DNA of 64,000 nt from Paramecium tetraurelia (lineage: Eukaryota), in assembly GCA_000165425.1 (NCBI GenBank), contig CT868008.1, positions 496,001 through 560,000 of the forward strand, written 5' to 3'. The position numbers and the translations under genes were made by a program. Of this stretch, positions 27,775 through 40,700 are shown piece after piece. A model generated the notes under the pieces. The model did no database searches, was not told where the DNA came from, and saw nothing but the letters and a program-made list of their open reading frames with translations. The first letter of the stretch is position 1; each line of letters starts with the position of its first letter.

Positions 27775-30090
27775 TCATTCATAGTGGATTTTTTTCATTC
27801 CGTACTTCACAATTTCCCTATCACATCTAGCTCCTCCCACAAGACATGAAATCACTGTTATTGGATCTATGCTGAATCTTTTGCCATAGTTCTTATAATC
27901 AAATTCCTTGACTATTCTAATTACTTACTCATCTTCTGAATGTGATAACTAATACTAGGTTGAATTAATACCTTCAATTTGATTTTGTTTAATTATGTAT
28001 TGCATTTATCATAAGAATGTATTGCCTATTCTTTGAGAACAGCAGATTGATCATTGATTTATGAGACCTCCATTTGCCCTTTTTACTTGATTTACTATTT
28101 GATTCTTTTTTGAGTTTCTTTATAAATTAATGTGCCATTAGTAACTGGTTAATTCTTTTGGTTTAGTTTCGCTAACATATTTTCTAAGTTTTCAATATCC
28201 TCATTGGTCAATCCTAAAGTAATTGGTCCCAACTTTTCCAATGAATAGTTATTTCTGCAAGTCTTAGCAACATCTTGTCTTGCTTGATGTAAGTCTATTG
28301 AAGATAATTTATGACTATCAAAAGGAAATATTGAAGGCAATGAAGATGCTTCCAAGGAATCATTTTAGGATAAACTCTATTATAAAATAGCCAAACTACT
28401 ATCAAGGGATTATTCTTATTTATATTGCTTGAATGATTCGCTCAACTCTTTTTCTAGCTATTCGATGTCCGATAACATTGTTGCTTTCTGATATAAAAAT
28501 AATAAGTACTTGAAGTAAATATTCCTTAGCCTTTTAATCCAAATAATCAGGCAGAAATGAATAATGACATTTTTCATTTAATGAATTTAATTTTGAAATA
28601 ACCCATGCTATTCCTGTGGTTCTAACATCCTACCCATTTTTAAGCACTTGAAAATAAAAACTCACTAAGCATTTTTATAAGGACTTGTTTTCTTTCTTTT
28701 TAATATGAATATCCTAATCTATTTACTCCAAAGTCTTTTTATTGAATAATATCTTTTATTTATATGCCTTTTTGCTATCCCTGAGGATTTAGAGGTCTTA
28801 ATCCAATTCCTTTTATTTATTTTATTGATTCATGAATGAATTTACTAAAGACATTCTTGATTTACTCATTGAGAGACTACCTTAGCTTCTAGGATCCTTT
28901 AGATCTATAATTTCTTGAAGCAATTGTTCAGTGAGTTATTTAATTTATCCTATTTTTTCATGGTACTCATGGGTTTCTAATCTTAATTTTTCTTAAGCTA
29001 CCACTCTTGCTTCGATAATAATATTATTTTGTTTAATTTTGAAGATCAATTTATTGGAAATGAGTTGTGTTTGTTTTTTATAAAATTTGGCCTTTTCAGC
29101 TTCTGATTTAAATTGAGACATCTAGACTTTAACCAAAGTATTATACATTCTTTATACACCTTCGCTAGTAAAATCAAAATTAGTGGTTAATCCTTTTTCT
29201 TCATCAACATTAAGTTCTCCAATTTCCTTCAATTCACTTAAGGCTACTGCCGAAGCCTTTTAGATGTATTGTTCTACTGAGCGTTCTACACTTAGATCTT
29301 CATTTAAGTTCTTTAGTTGTTTAACTTTTTAAACAGCATTCTTCATAACATCTTTAAAGGATCTAGGCGTACTTTGGGAGGGGACTGAATTTTATGATGA
29401 ATTTTATCTTTCAAGAGGCAATTGCCTAACTGATTACTAGAATGGAATTTGTTTCTTGATTTCAGTTGACGCTCTTTGCTTATTTCTTTATGGAATTACA
29501 TTAAATTTACTACTATCCTCTTGTTTACTCTCCTCCTTCTTCTTTTGCTCTTTCAATCTTTTTGTCCACACTTTAAGATCTGCTGTTTGATCTTGTGATT
29601 CATCGTAATCCTCTTAGTGAGTAGCCAGAGACTCTTCTTTATTTTTTTGTTTCTTCTTTAGAACCTCTCCATCTGAATTATCTTCCAATTACTCGTAAAT
29701 CTCTGAAAGCAAAAGTTGTTTATCAGGATCCCTTGCCAATTGACTTCTGATTTATTACTCAAGTTGATTCCTTTCCTTTTTCTTATACAATTTCGTAATC
29801 TTCAAAGTTTACAAGTCGTACATATTATGCATCGACTTAAATGATTGGCCAGGTTTCTCTTCACCTTTGGCGATGTCATAACTCTTAATGGAGTTGAATT
29901 GGTCTTGCAACAGTTTCTTAGTTACATCTTGTATTGCCAATTCACCAATATTATTAGCAGCTGATTTACTCTTTCTAATTAATTCATGAGCATTTCCAGC
30001 TATTTTTATCGCTGTGTACCCTTTATGCTGTCCAACCTCTCCTTGAACCTGCATTATTTTTTTCATTCTCTATGCCCGAATAGATTACAT
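27775..30090 (-). CDS. Hypothetical coiled-coil protein
   Basis: Long frame from ATG 30090 joining ORF fragments 29809-30066 and 28149-28355. Contains DVRTTGIAWVISKL...FLPDYLD and at least one tiny intron. Confidence 0.75.
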
Positions 30091-30140
30091 TAAAATTAAA
30101 TAAAAACTAAAAATTTCACTAAAATCTAAAGGATTATCAG

Positions 30141-31100
30141 ATGCAAATATAGATTTCAATTTCTAAGGATACTTTTTCCTTACAAAACAATCTAGTATAT
30201 ATTTGTTATATCAATCTCTCTCCATATACATATACAGAATATTAAGCTATTTAACAATGACAAAATATTCAAAGATTCAGAAGTGTCTATTCTGTCTTAA
30301 GATTCTTTAATGAACAGAAAAAATTAACTTTTAATATAATTTCCTGAAAATTCTGATTTTAATTTAAATCATTAAATTATAGCTGTTTATACCATGTGAT
30401 TGTTAAGTTTGCATGAATATAAAGGTAAATTCCTGGGTAAATCTAAGTTCCCTGTATTTTATAATTTTTATTTGCTGATAGCAATTCTTTAGTTTAAAAA
30501 TAATTATCAAGGATAAATGAACACTATATCATTCTAAAAAGAAATTTAAATTAGACTTCAGATTCAATAATATTTCCAATATGATGAAAAAATGTAAATC
30601 TCTTAAGGATTTGTGAATCTATCTGATTTTAATGATTTTATTAAAATAAGAGAAAAAAAAACTAATTTAGTAAACAATTATTACACTATTTAGAATTCAA
30701 TTGAAATAAATGATTATTTTTAAATCATTATGTATATTAAAAGATATAAGTATAATTTTTATTGGCAAGGCTAATTTTATATAAATAAGATTCAAATTTT
30801 GAAGTTTTAAAATTAGTTATAATTTGAACCTATGAAAAAGACCTTAATATTTTTAGATCATCGCTCGCTCATTTCTAAATAATTAAATTGAACCTAAAAT
30901 TATTGATTCTATCGATAGTTAGTATTGATATTGATACAAACTGAGAGGATAAAGATACCAGCATAAACGATTAGAGTAAAAAATACATTTGGTGCACTTC
31001 AAAAGTTATCTAAGGTAAGACTAAAATATGACTAAGGACTATTTGGATTCAACCTTTAGGGTCATTAAATAATAGGATCAAATTTACATCAAATTGAAAA
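30141..31100 (+). CDS. Possible hypothetical protein (exon structure unresolved)
   Basis: ATG at 30141 followed by coding-like frames. The frame switches could not all be explained by clear introns, so it may be degenerate. Confidence 0.35.
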
Positions 31101-31134
31101 TTATATACATAATTTATGATTAATAATTAATATA

Positions 31135-33110
31135 ATGAGGAGTCATATAAAGTAGTTAACAATTACACAAGAAAATCATTTCCAAAACTAAATCTTTGAA
31201 ATTACATAAAATATTCGTATTCTATTTCCTAATTCAAGGTTCTGGCAAGTATAGGATGGCATTTCAAAAAATTAACAAAGAATTTGAAAGATCATTGATC
31301 ATGTAAACAGGATGGCGCATTCGCTTGCAATTATTAAGAAGAGGAATTGTTTGTCTTATCAAAATTCTCAAATCATAGGCTAGAAATGGACTTAAAAATG
31401 AAAACTAATTACATTTATTGAGAAAGCTATAACAGTTTATTATGTTTTACTTTGAATTGCTTGAAAATCAAGCAAAAGAATATAGTATGATCTTATCCAC
31501 TATTTAATAGAAATATTTTATCTTAAGGATATACTTTATCGAATATCCTAAATTCAGCTCTTAATTTTTTAATTATCTAAACTTCATGAAGATGTTCGGT
31601 GTATGTTAATTTGGAAACCAGAATATTATTTTAAGGATTCTCGCTTCAATAAAACTAAGTTTGAATACAATTTATAAGTTGGCCATCTTCACTTCTAATT
31701 TAAAATATTTGATTCTGCAATATCATACTACAAGGAAGCCATTGAAGAATGTCAGCTAATACTTGCGGATATTTTAGATAAAGACTATCACCTGAAGAAA
31801 CTTTCTAGTCAGTATTAAAAAGTGATCACTTGGATCATTATAACCCTATATATCATGACGTTTATTTATGAATTGCAATCAAATTATAATAAACTATTAG
31901 AAACCTATAGAGTAGCTCTTTGGCTTTCAAGTTTCATTGATAATTTCGAATTATCAGTGTTTTTGGATGAGTAATATTATTTAAACCAAAACTAAGTATC
32001 ATAACATAATATTCTTATAGTATAAAGTCTATATGTTAGAAATTAAAGAAATAAATCAAATACTTGCTCCAATATTTCCTTAGCCCAAGGCAAATTAGAA
32101 TAAAACATCAAAAAATGATTATTGGACAGATACCAATACTAAATTCTACAAAAAATTCAATAAACAAATAAACGTGCAATTATACTCTATCCTTTAATAA
32201 CCAGAGGATACAACTTACAAAAAGAATTAATTTCGACTCACAGAATAAGAAACTACTATCCAATCAAATATTCACACACCTCGTTAACATGAGAAATGCA
32301 GAACATTAAATTCTTTGGATGAGATCAAGATTAGTAAATAACCCAGTGGGAACCCATCTTTTTAACACTCTCGTAGAACTATTGCTAGCATCAATCATGT
32401 TAAAACTAGATCATTTAAATATACAACTGATATTGATAATATTATGCAGAGGTTTCCAAAAAGAGAAATTGAGTCATTTTCGACTTTAAAAGCAAAAAAG
32501 GAATTGGATCTCTACTATTAGTAAAAAGTATTATCCTCCTTTGATAAGACAATACAGATTAAATCTCTAAAATCAGTGAAACAACAAATATCTTCTTAAT
32601 AAGAAGTAGATAAAGTTTGTTAATCTGATCTTGTTGTTGGTAAAAAACTATTAAAGTTCTAAAAATACACACATTAAAGAGTGGTTACAAATTCAAATAT
32701 AATGAAAATCATTTCAGACATTTCTAAAGAGCAGGAACATTTAGAAGGAGTCAATTCTGCTCGATTATTTGTTTAAGGATCTTAAGATATTGAATCCAAA
32801 ATACGAGTCCAAATGTAACAAATCATCAAATAAAAATCAATGCACAATGAAGGGGAATTGATGGTAAATTATAAAAAGTATCAAATAGAATCTCAAGACT
32901 TTAGTATCAGATTATGAACAAAATTTATCAAAAGCTCCTTCCAATCATGAATAATAAATTGAATAATCCTATATATCCAAATTTTTAAAAGAAAAAAACT
33001 ATTCCATCATAAGATCTATAGACTAATCAATTAAACGTACAGTTCCAGAATAAGCTAAAGTCAGAAAATCGTTTTTATCTCGGATTCAAGAAAGCCTGTT
33101 TAATAAATGA
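31135..33110 (+). CDS. Hypothetical protein with a TPR-like helical segment
   Basis: ATG at 31135; introns of 22, 26 and 25 nt restore one frame. GHLHFQFKIFDSAISYYKEAI is TPR-like. TGA at 33108-33110. Confidence 0.7.
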
Positions 33111-33246
33111 GTATATTGGGTAATTTTTATATAAAGTTTTAATTTACTTGTCTTATTTCTTAACACTGGCAGATATAAATAGTACTATTATTATATTATA
33201 TACTAAAGATTTAAAATTCTTATAAATTTTAGCAAATTAATATCTC

Positions 33247-34199
33247 TCATTCCAATTAAATTCCTTACTGTTTTAAACCTCTGATAATTAGATCTTCATA
33301 ATCTATTAGGGATACTTTGCCGTCTTAATCTGTATCAGCCATTTCCATCCATAAATCAACATCCTCTTTGTTTGGCTCAATTGTCATTCCCATTTATTTG
33401 TACGTTTCAATAAGCAGTTAAGGTACTTCACTATTTTTTTATTTATTAAATTACGTTTCTGTAATATAACCACTTTAATCTGAGTCTATCATAGTAAATA
33501 TCCTCCTTGCCACTTTTAGTCTTTCTTGAACTTATTTTGTGTATTTTTTTTCTGGAATTGGTTGTTAGGGTTGTTCAGTACTTTTAGCTGTCTTTGCAAT
33601 CTCCGGCTAAGCAGGTTTTTAGACAGTTTAAATCGGTTTCTTCTCTTATTTTGGTTAAATTAATATTTGATTTTGTTCAACTTTGGGAGCTTCTTAAGTT
33701 TGTTCTTTCGTAGCTTTTGTAAATGAATTCTTTACTCTCTTAGTTGGACGATTGTAATAAGATTTCTTCCTAATTGGAATTATCAGTTGGTTATATTTTA
33801 ACATTTATCTCTTAAAGAGGTTTTTCTACTTTTAGTTAAGAATTATTGTTTGAAACCATTGTACAAAGGTATTTCATACATAAATTCTAGATAATTTTTT
33901 CATCTACTCTGCCTTAACCATTTGCTATAAAAGCTAATTATATTTTTACTATCCATTTTTCTTGTAAAAGCAGCAATGTCAGTAGGTGTTGGATTATAAC
34001 TCTTATTCATAGCTCTATAACAATCTTATAGCATTTGGCTTACGTCAAACAAATCTAATTATCCATCTTTGTTTTCATCAAATAAATCAAGAATTTTTTT
34101 TGAAAGTTATTCACATTATTCAGGGCTAAATAGACCACCTGCCTTTACTGAATCTGTCATTTAATAAGGTTAATATTTTATGAATTTATTTGGATCCAT
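33247..34199 (-). CDS. EF-hand calcium-binding protein with a Q/P/K-rich linker
   Basis: EF loops DENKDGQLDLFD, DSDQSGYITETE and DTDQDGKVSLIDYE. Two EF-hand pairs flank a low-complexity insert. Confidence 0.85.
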
Positions 34200-34803
34200 T
34201 CCGATTATTAAATGATATTTTTATCAAAAATTAATGAAATGCAAAGCTATAAATTATGATATAAATATGGAATAATATTAATTTCACTCAATTTATGTTT
34301 TTCATTATCATAAATTATTTCATTAACTTATAAATACTAATTTAAATGCGATTGCACAAATGAGATCTTCAAGTTGGATAATCAATAAATTTTATTGTCA
34401 AAAAATATTAACATTTATTATCTTTATAAATAAATTAAGTGATAAGTTATGGTTTTTATGGAGCAACATCCTAAATTTCAAAATATCTTTAAATAATATA
34501 ACATTAATAAAGAAATGGTTTCAATTAAAAAACTTATATTAGAATAAATGAAAATTAAACTCAATATATTTAACATGAGAAGTATATTTAACCAAATTGC
34601 ATATAAGAGAAAATACAGATATATGGCTGCTCATTACTTACTAATTATTGATAAAATAATAGAACAAAAATGTTAAATACTTTCCATTCACATTACATCC
34701 ATTTACTTATTATGTATTATCATATAATTATTATATTATAAAACAAGCAGGGTCTTTTATTCATTATTTTATTCATATTTATAATTAATAAATTTATATA
34801 AAA

Positions 34804-35205
34804 ATGTTAAACTAGGATTTTGATTTCCTTACAGTAACCCCAGAAGTTAGAGAATTATATTCTATACCAACAGAATAAAGGATAATTGAATCTTACAAAC
34901 TTAAACTTAATTCAGAATGCATATCCTTTAGTCAAAAATTTTTTAATTCTAATGTAATAAGGAAATACGAAAAAATTAGTACATTTCACCAATTGCTTCT
35001 GTTGTATCTGCAGGAATATGCACTATATCATACATATATTTGAGATAACCAGCTGGAGATGTTGCAAGATAAATCAAATTTGAGAGAATGAATCCAGCCA
35101 AAAGAATGGTTCTGTAATATATTTTAATTATTAAATAGCCGTGGAGTACCAGCTTTATCTTTGTTTGCCACAGTTTATTTTGCTAGATAATGCAAATCAT
35201 ATTGA
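34804..35205 (+). CDS. Small (~116 aa) protein with two predicted TM helices
   Basis: Canonical GTA..TAG introns at 34954-34979 (26 nt) and 35114-35138 (25 nt) give MLNQDFDF...ISPIASVVSAGICTISYIYLR...GVPALSLFATVYFARQCKSY*. Confidence 0.7.
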
Positions 35206-35704
35206 TAAATATATAAAAAAAAGAATCAGAATTATCATTATTTAATAACTACTGTAGAAATGCTAATTTTAAATTATTTTGCCATAAAAGAGATTTAAGT
35301 CAAATTTTAGATTCATTATTATTGTTATATCTAAATTATTGAATTCAGTATTGATTGTAAGTGCAATGAAAATGGTAAATAATATCATAGTCTAAAGTAT
35401 CTCTATTTTCTATCTAAATTTATTCATACTTAATATTATTCAGGGTTGAAATATATTTTCTTTTGAATTTAAAGAGAACTTTCAACGCAATTACATTTAT
35501 TAAATAGTAAATCATTGATTTTTGTAATTTATAACTATTTTTACAGAAAAATATTATCATTTTTCTTTATTTTTGATTATTAAACCATTCGGATTTTCAA
35601 AAATCCTACTTCTTTATCTCTTTTTTGAGCCATAAAATAATTAAATAAGAAATTCTATGGTGATTTTATTTTACTTATAATAATATACTCATTTTTAATT
35701 AAAT

Positions 35705-36140
35705 TCATTTTTCCTAACTCTTTTTTAATTCACTCACATAGACTGCTTCACAAGCATCCAAATATGTATTTACTAAAGTTTTATACTTCACAAACATATG
35801 ATATTTAGCCAATTCATATTGAAATAAGCCTATAGCTCCTCCGACGCATGCTCCATATAATAACAAGGGAGGCTTTGCCATTTTCGACAGCCTGGTATAG
35901 AAGAGAGCGTTTCCTTCTGGAGACTGGCGAAATTATTTGGATGCTTACTTCAAGAGGGTTTCTGAAAAATTTTGGGAAACTCAAAAATCTAGTGCATGCG
36001 AGGATGGCAGCGGAAATGGCAAAGGCAGCTGTAGGATATGTAAAAACCAGACGATATTTTTCATTCAGAAATTCGATATCTAAAGATATAATTAGTGACA
36101 CACCTTCTTGAGAAATTTGATATTGAGTTTCAGTCTCCAT
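35705..36140 (-). CDS. Small (~128 aa) protein with two predicted TM helices
   Basis: A 24-nt (36080-36103) and a 25-nt intron give METETQY...YPTAAFAISAAILAC...LLLYGACVGGAIGLFQYE...KSQEK*. Confidence 0.75.
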
Positions 36141-36188
36141 AAATAATTAATAAACAAAAAGAGTCACAACTTTTGAACAATCCAATTA

Positions 36189-36561
36189 TCAGCGTCGAAT
36201 TCCAATCAATTTAATTTCGTTATCTCTTTCTTCTTCTTCATTCTCTTCGTAAATGCTCCACATACGTGAGGCTTCCAAATATCTTGATGATCTGGGTGAA
36301 CTATTTCTGGGAGAACCCTATCGATGAGATTCTATATATTTTTTAATCTCGTGGACCATATATAGTTATTTTCCCTTTACAGACGAACGATAGATGGCCT
36401 GCAGTTAAAACATCAATTCAGATTGAGATTCGAGTACCATAACTAACTTAAATTTTTGAAGTACATTTCAATTCATCCTTCTCTTATTTATTAATTAGAT
36501 CCTACTAAAACAGTAATGATATGATTTTGAACATATCGTAATAAAAATGGGATTATTGCAT
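36189..36561 (-). CDS. Small hypothetical protein
   Basis: Starts MQQSHFYYDMFKIISLLFQQDLINKQEKDELK, has one 22-nt intron and an acidic C-terminus. TGA at 36189-36191. Confidence 0.65.
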
Positions 36562-36585
36562 AAATATTTATAATAATTTTGTATA

Positions 36586-37338
36586 TCATCTATTTAGAAT
36601 ATCAATTCCAATGTAGAATAGCAAAGAATTCCTACATAGTCGCAATCTTTAGATCAATTATTTTATGTTTTCTACCCATTTGTCCAAAATTTGAAGTTCT
36701 TAAGCATATAAACTTTTAGAAGATTTTGATCAATCCTTAATAGAATATCTGACATTTTTGAGGTAAGATCAGAATTTCTATTTTCATCTATTTCATTCAT
36801 TAGAAACAAATATTGTTCAAGACAAAGAAGTTAATCACTTTTACATAATAAATTTTTGAAGATACAGAACTTTAAAAGAGAGCATCTTTTAAAAATATTT
36901 AAATAAATTTTTTCTAATCAAGACTTAGAGACTGCTGTTAAAGCATAGAGTAGAGGTAGATTTCTAATCTATTTAATTTACCAAACTAGCATCCTTGAGA
37001 ATGATTTTTTTGGTTCAAAAAAAGTTCATATTTTTACTTAGGGTAGGATTTTAGAATTCTGAGTTTAGATTTTATATATTAATTACATATTCAATGTTCT
37101 TCTTTGTTCTAGGTAAGAAATTAAAATTTGTTTAAATCCCTGCAGTTAGCTGTTAACATTTGGCAATTTATTTAATCTCATAAGTTCTAAAAGATATAAA
37201 ACTATTTGGAATAACATTTATTCAGATAAGGGACTAATCAGTTCAAGGAAATTTTTGAAACTGCTTTTTTTGTCAGTATTTTTATCTATTGGCCTTCGAA
37301 TTAAAATAATAAACTTAATTTGGTCTTTGAAGATCCAT
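36586..37338 (-). CDS. Hypothetical protein (start uncertain)
   Basis: Coding-like frames joined by two candidate introns and ending at TGA 36586-36588. The initiation codon is not cleanly resolved. Confidence 0.45.
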
Positions 37339-37598
37339 TTAATTATAAAATTTCATATAGAATTAATATATTATAAATTTTATCATTTTCATATTAAAAG
37401 AGAGAGGATTTTATTACTCTTTCATTCGAATGTAATTTGTAATACGAATCATTCTTTCATAATAATTAATAAAATTTCTTTCTTAATGTCTCTCCAAAGT
37501 TTATTAAGTATAAAATATATTATTTTATGAGTAAAAATGTTATTAAGACTTCAAAAAAAGTAGATTATTAAATAACAATATCATTTATAATTCATGAT

Positions 37599-39457
37599 TC
37601 AGCTTAGTAATTCAGCTTCCAATCTCTTTTACTCTCCAAAAGGAACTGCATTTTCATCAACTGACAAAGTAGACATATGACATGGTAGATCAACAAATTC
37701 ATCATACTTTATGGCTTCCTAAGTAACTTGCTCATGCATTTGACGTAATATTAAGGCTGCACTTTTTCCAGTCATATCACAGGGTCTTACACAATGTTTG
37801 ATGGCATTAGCAGCATAGGAGCCTTCCTCCATACAAAGGATGCAACTTAAAAACAATGAATACTAATAGATACCCTCTTGGTAAAGGAACTGCAAATGCT
37901 CCATTGCAAAATCCATAGAATTGACTTCCAAAAGATAATCTGCAATCTGAGAATACTCTAATAGTAAAGATTGGTTGTTTGAATCTAACAGCATCATCAA
38001 AATGTTATGCTAATCCTTCTTTTCCATCATGATAAATATTGCAGGCAATAGAATTAATGAACTTTTTAGGAACTACATTATCATTTTCAAGTTTAGTAAT
38101 GAGATTTCTCATCCACAATGGAGGAGCTGAAACATCTCTTCTGACACCAGCAGCAACCTTGGAATGTGGTTCTGCTAATTGACATTTAGTCCACATATAT
38201 CTATAACCAAAAAAGAATTTTGTTCTACGTACACTTGAATGGTGATTCGATTAAGCATGTGAAATTTATGCAGTCATAGGTAAATAATGACCTTTAAAAT
38301 CATATATGTTTATATTACCATCAAATCCTTTTAGTTCCATTTCATAAATTTCCTTTTCCATTTACAATAGTTCTTCATTTGTAAAATAGCCAACATATGC
38401 ATGTGCACCTACTTAATATTCTGGGAACATTGGCAAAAACGACTTGAAATTACAAGGACAATTGTTGGGTTCAAAAAAGAAATCTAATCTAATTTTATGT
38501 AGATTTTAATTTAATACCTATCTACTAATCTATCTCCTAATTTAACCTTGGTTACTTTAGTAATTAAGTCAAATGCAAAGCTATCTCTAGTTGTTATACA
38601 ATATAATGGTTATTTAAGAAAACTTAATTCCTTCATTTTAAGGATGTCTAGAGATATTGGTTAGTATTTCTTGCTTAATTTAAATGTTGATAGATTTGTA
38701 AAGTTTTCAGGAGTAAATATAGATGTCCAATTAATTGATTTTTTGTTCTATTTTATCTACACATTATCAGTTTGAATTTCATAGATTTTATTGCTTCTTC
38801 TGATGATATAATCTTAGCCTTTTTCATTAGCTTTGAATCTTTTGTTCATCATTTTAATCAGGTAAGAATTTGTTACATGATGTTCAACTCTCTTGATGAA
38901 TGCATTAAGCAAATCTTTGTTGTGATCATTAGCTGATTTCCATTTCTCTTCGTTAACATACATCTCCATCCTTATACTACATGTATTAATATTATGATTT
39001 CCATCCTCTTTAATAAGATGATTTATCAATTATTCACTGGCTCCTCCATCTTTTCTTACATCTGTTGACGATAAGATCTTTGCTCTCTTTTTCTTCTTTG
39101 TTTCTTTTTCATTACTATGGGTTTATTACTGGGTTTATGGAATCTGAGTTTAAGATCTGGTTTCTAAAACATAATTTTCTTATTGTTAGATGATATGAGT
39201 AAATTCTTAGAATATACTTTGTGGGGTGGAATTGCTATTGATCGGAACTTTGGGAACAGATATAACAAATTTAGTTTATATATCCTCTCGTTGTGTTTCT
39301 GTGCAAACTGAAGAGTTGTCGTTGCCTTCATTCCACAATCCAACACTTTTCAAAAATGCTTTTCTGCCTGATACACTCTTTTTGAATAATAAACATATGG
39401 AGATTTCTGATTCACAAATAAAGTCGACTAATTATTGCTTTATATCATCCTATTCAT
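37599..39457 (-). CDS. AlkB-family 2OG-Fe(II) dioxygenase, ALKBH5-like
   Basis: RTKFFFG, PLWMRNLITKL, FINSIACNIYH, HFD, PIFTIRVFSDCRLSFG, LPRG, YAANAIKHCVRP and ALILR are collinear with ALKBH5 motifs. Long N-terminal extension. Confidence 0.88.
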
Positions 39458-39499
39458 TCAATTATATTGGTCTTAATAATTAATTTCTATTAATTATAT

Positions 39500-40619
39500 T
39501 TTATTTTATACTCGTCATATTTATAGTGAATCACTAAACATAAAGCATCTTAAAATATCATCCATAAGTTTAGGAATTTTCTAGCCATCATAACTCTTTC
39601 TCTTGAAATCTTATTTCTAAGGTGTGGATACAATAAATATTCTCTCAACACACTTTCATCCTAAGAATTGAAAAGTGTAAACACTATCAGGTTCTTTCCA
39701 TTCAAAAGATTGTGAAATAGGTTATCAAAGGCCTCATCATATCCAGCTATTGGTTAACAACCTGATGAACATTAATAAACAAGTGGAGGAAGTCTTAATA
39801 AAATTCAATCAGTACTTTTTAAAAATATGATTAACATCCTTTTATTCACTCTCACTCTTCTTTACATATGAAACTCCACATGTTCTTTTCAAATTCAAAT
39901 TGGCTTATGATTGTTTTTGTCTAATGAAGTGTTATTTCTTTGAGTAATCTTCAGGATCCTTATGTCTATTTTAGATCTCAACTGGAGCATAACCAGATTG
40001 ATAATTGAGTTTATATCCTCCATATTTAAAGTGTTTATCTCTCTCCTTATAATCCATGCAGTTTGGTATAGCTTAAAACAACTGTTCAAGAGTTGGTTTT
40101 CCTTACAAATTTAATTTTTCCAAAGAATAAGCAGCAGGTCTGGATGGAACATCGATTAGTATCTTTTAATTGGTATTGGTGACCACTTCGAGTTTTTCAA
40201 AGGTTTCGTTGTGTCTGACAGCTTAGTCTGGAATAGGTGTTTTAAACAGATTCTCAAAGTCCAAAGAAGGTGGAAATTCTTATTTGGAAGTGATCCAAAA
40301 GGTTGGATTGACATTAAAATTGCTGATAATGCGTTTCTTAACGATGGTTTCTTCGTCTGATGATTTTGTTGGATAGACAATTTCAATGAAGGTTCCCTTT
40401 TTCTATAACTTAAGCTTAAGGCAATCTATATAAGTTAAGAATAGACGTTAATATATAGGGGATTTTGCAAGTGGTTTGTGTTAGGGGGTGTGTCTAGATT
40501 AAAGTAATTGTAATTGAAAAGCAATTAATAAATTAATTATTTGTAATTCAGACACACTCCTATCACAAACCTGAAAATGATGATGTTGTACCTCTTTTAT
40601 TCATGTGTCTCATTTGCAT
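39500..40619 (-). CDS. Hypothetical protein, both ends uncertain
   Basis: Long coding-like frame from ~40425 downward (GTFIEIVYPTKSSDEE...). It has no in-frame ATG for ~120 codons unless a long intron links it to ATG 40619. Confidence 0.5.
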
Positions 40620-40700
40620 AATTAAAAAATTGTTATGCTTAGGGTCTTTGATGTTGGTCCCTTTTTTAGCAGTATATTTGTTAGAATACCCCCCTTCTGA
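40456..40700 (+). ncRNA. Candidate structured RNA (~240 nt, multibranch), family unknown
   Basis: Manual pairing: closing stem 40458-40472 with 40676-40692; long hairpin 40473-40571 with a 21-bp outer stem; hairpins 40575-40615, 40616-40638 and 40641-40662. The wobble pairs are G-U on the + strand. Confidence 0.6.

Noticed and set aside
31285..31464. Four in-frame TGAs suggesting a selenoprotein or pseudogene
   Set aside because: They lie in the wrong frame; 22- and 26-nt introns place this exon in an open frame.
35848..36111. ORF-track + strand 87-aa ORF
   Set aside because: Antisense shadow of the spliced minus-strand membrane-protein gene.
40560..40619. Antizyme-like +1 frameshift (short ORF ending TTG TGA before a hairpin)
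   Set aside because: The shift site does not resemble UCC-UGA and the downstream protein has no recognisable antizyme domain.
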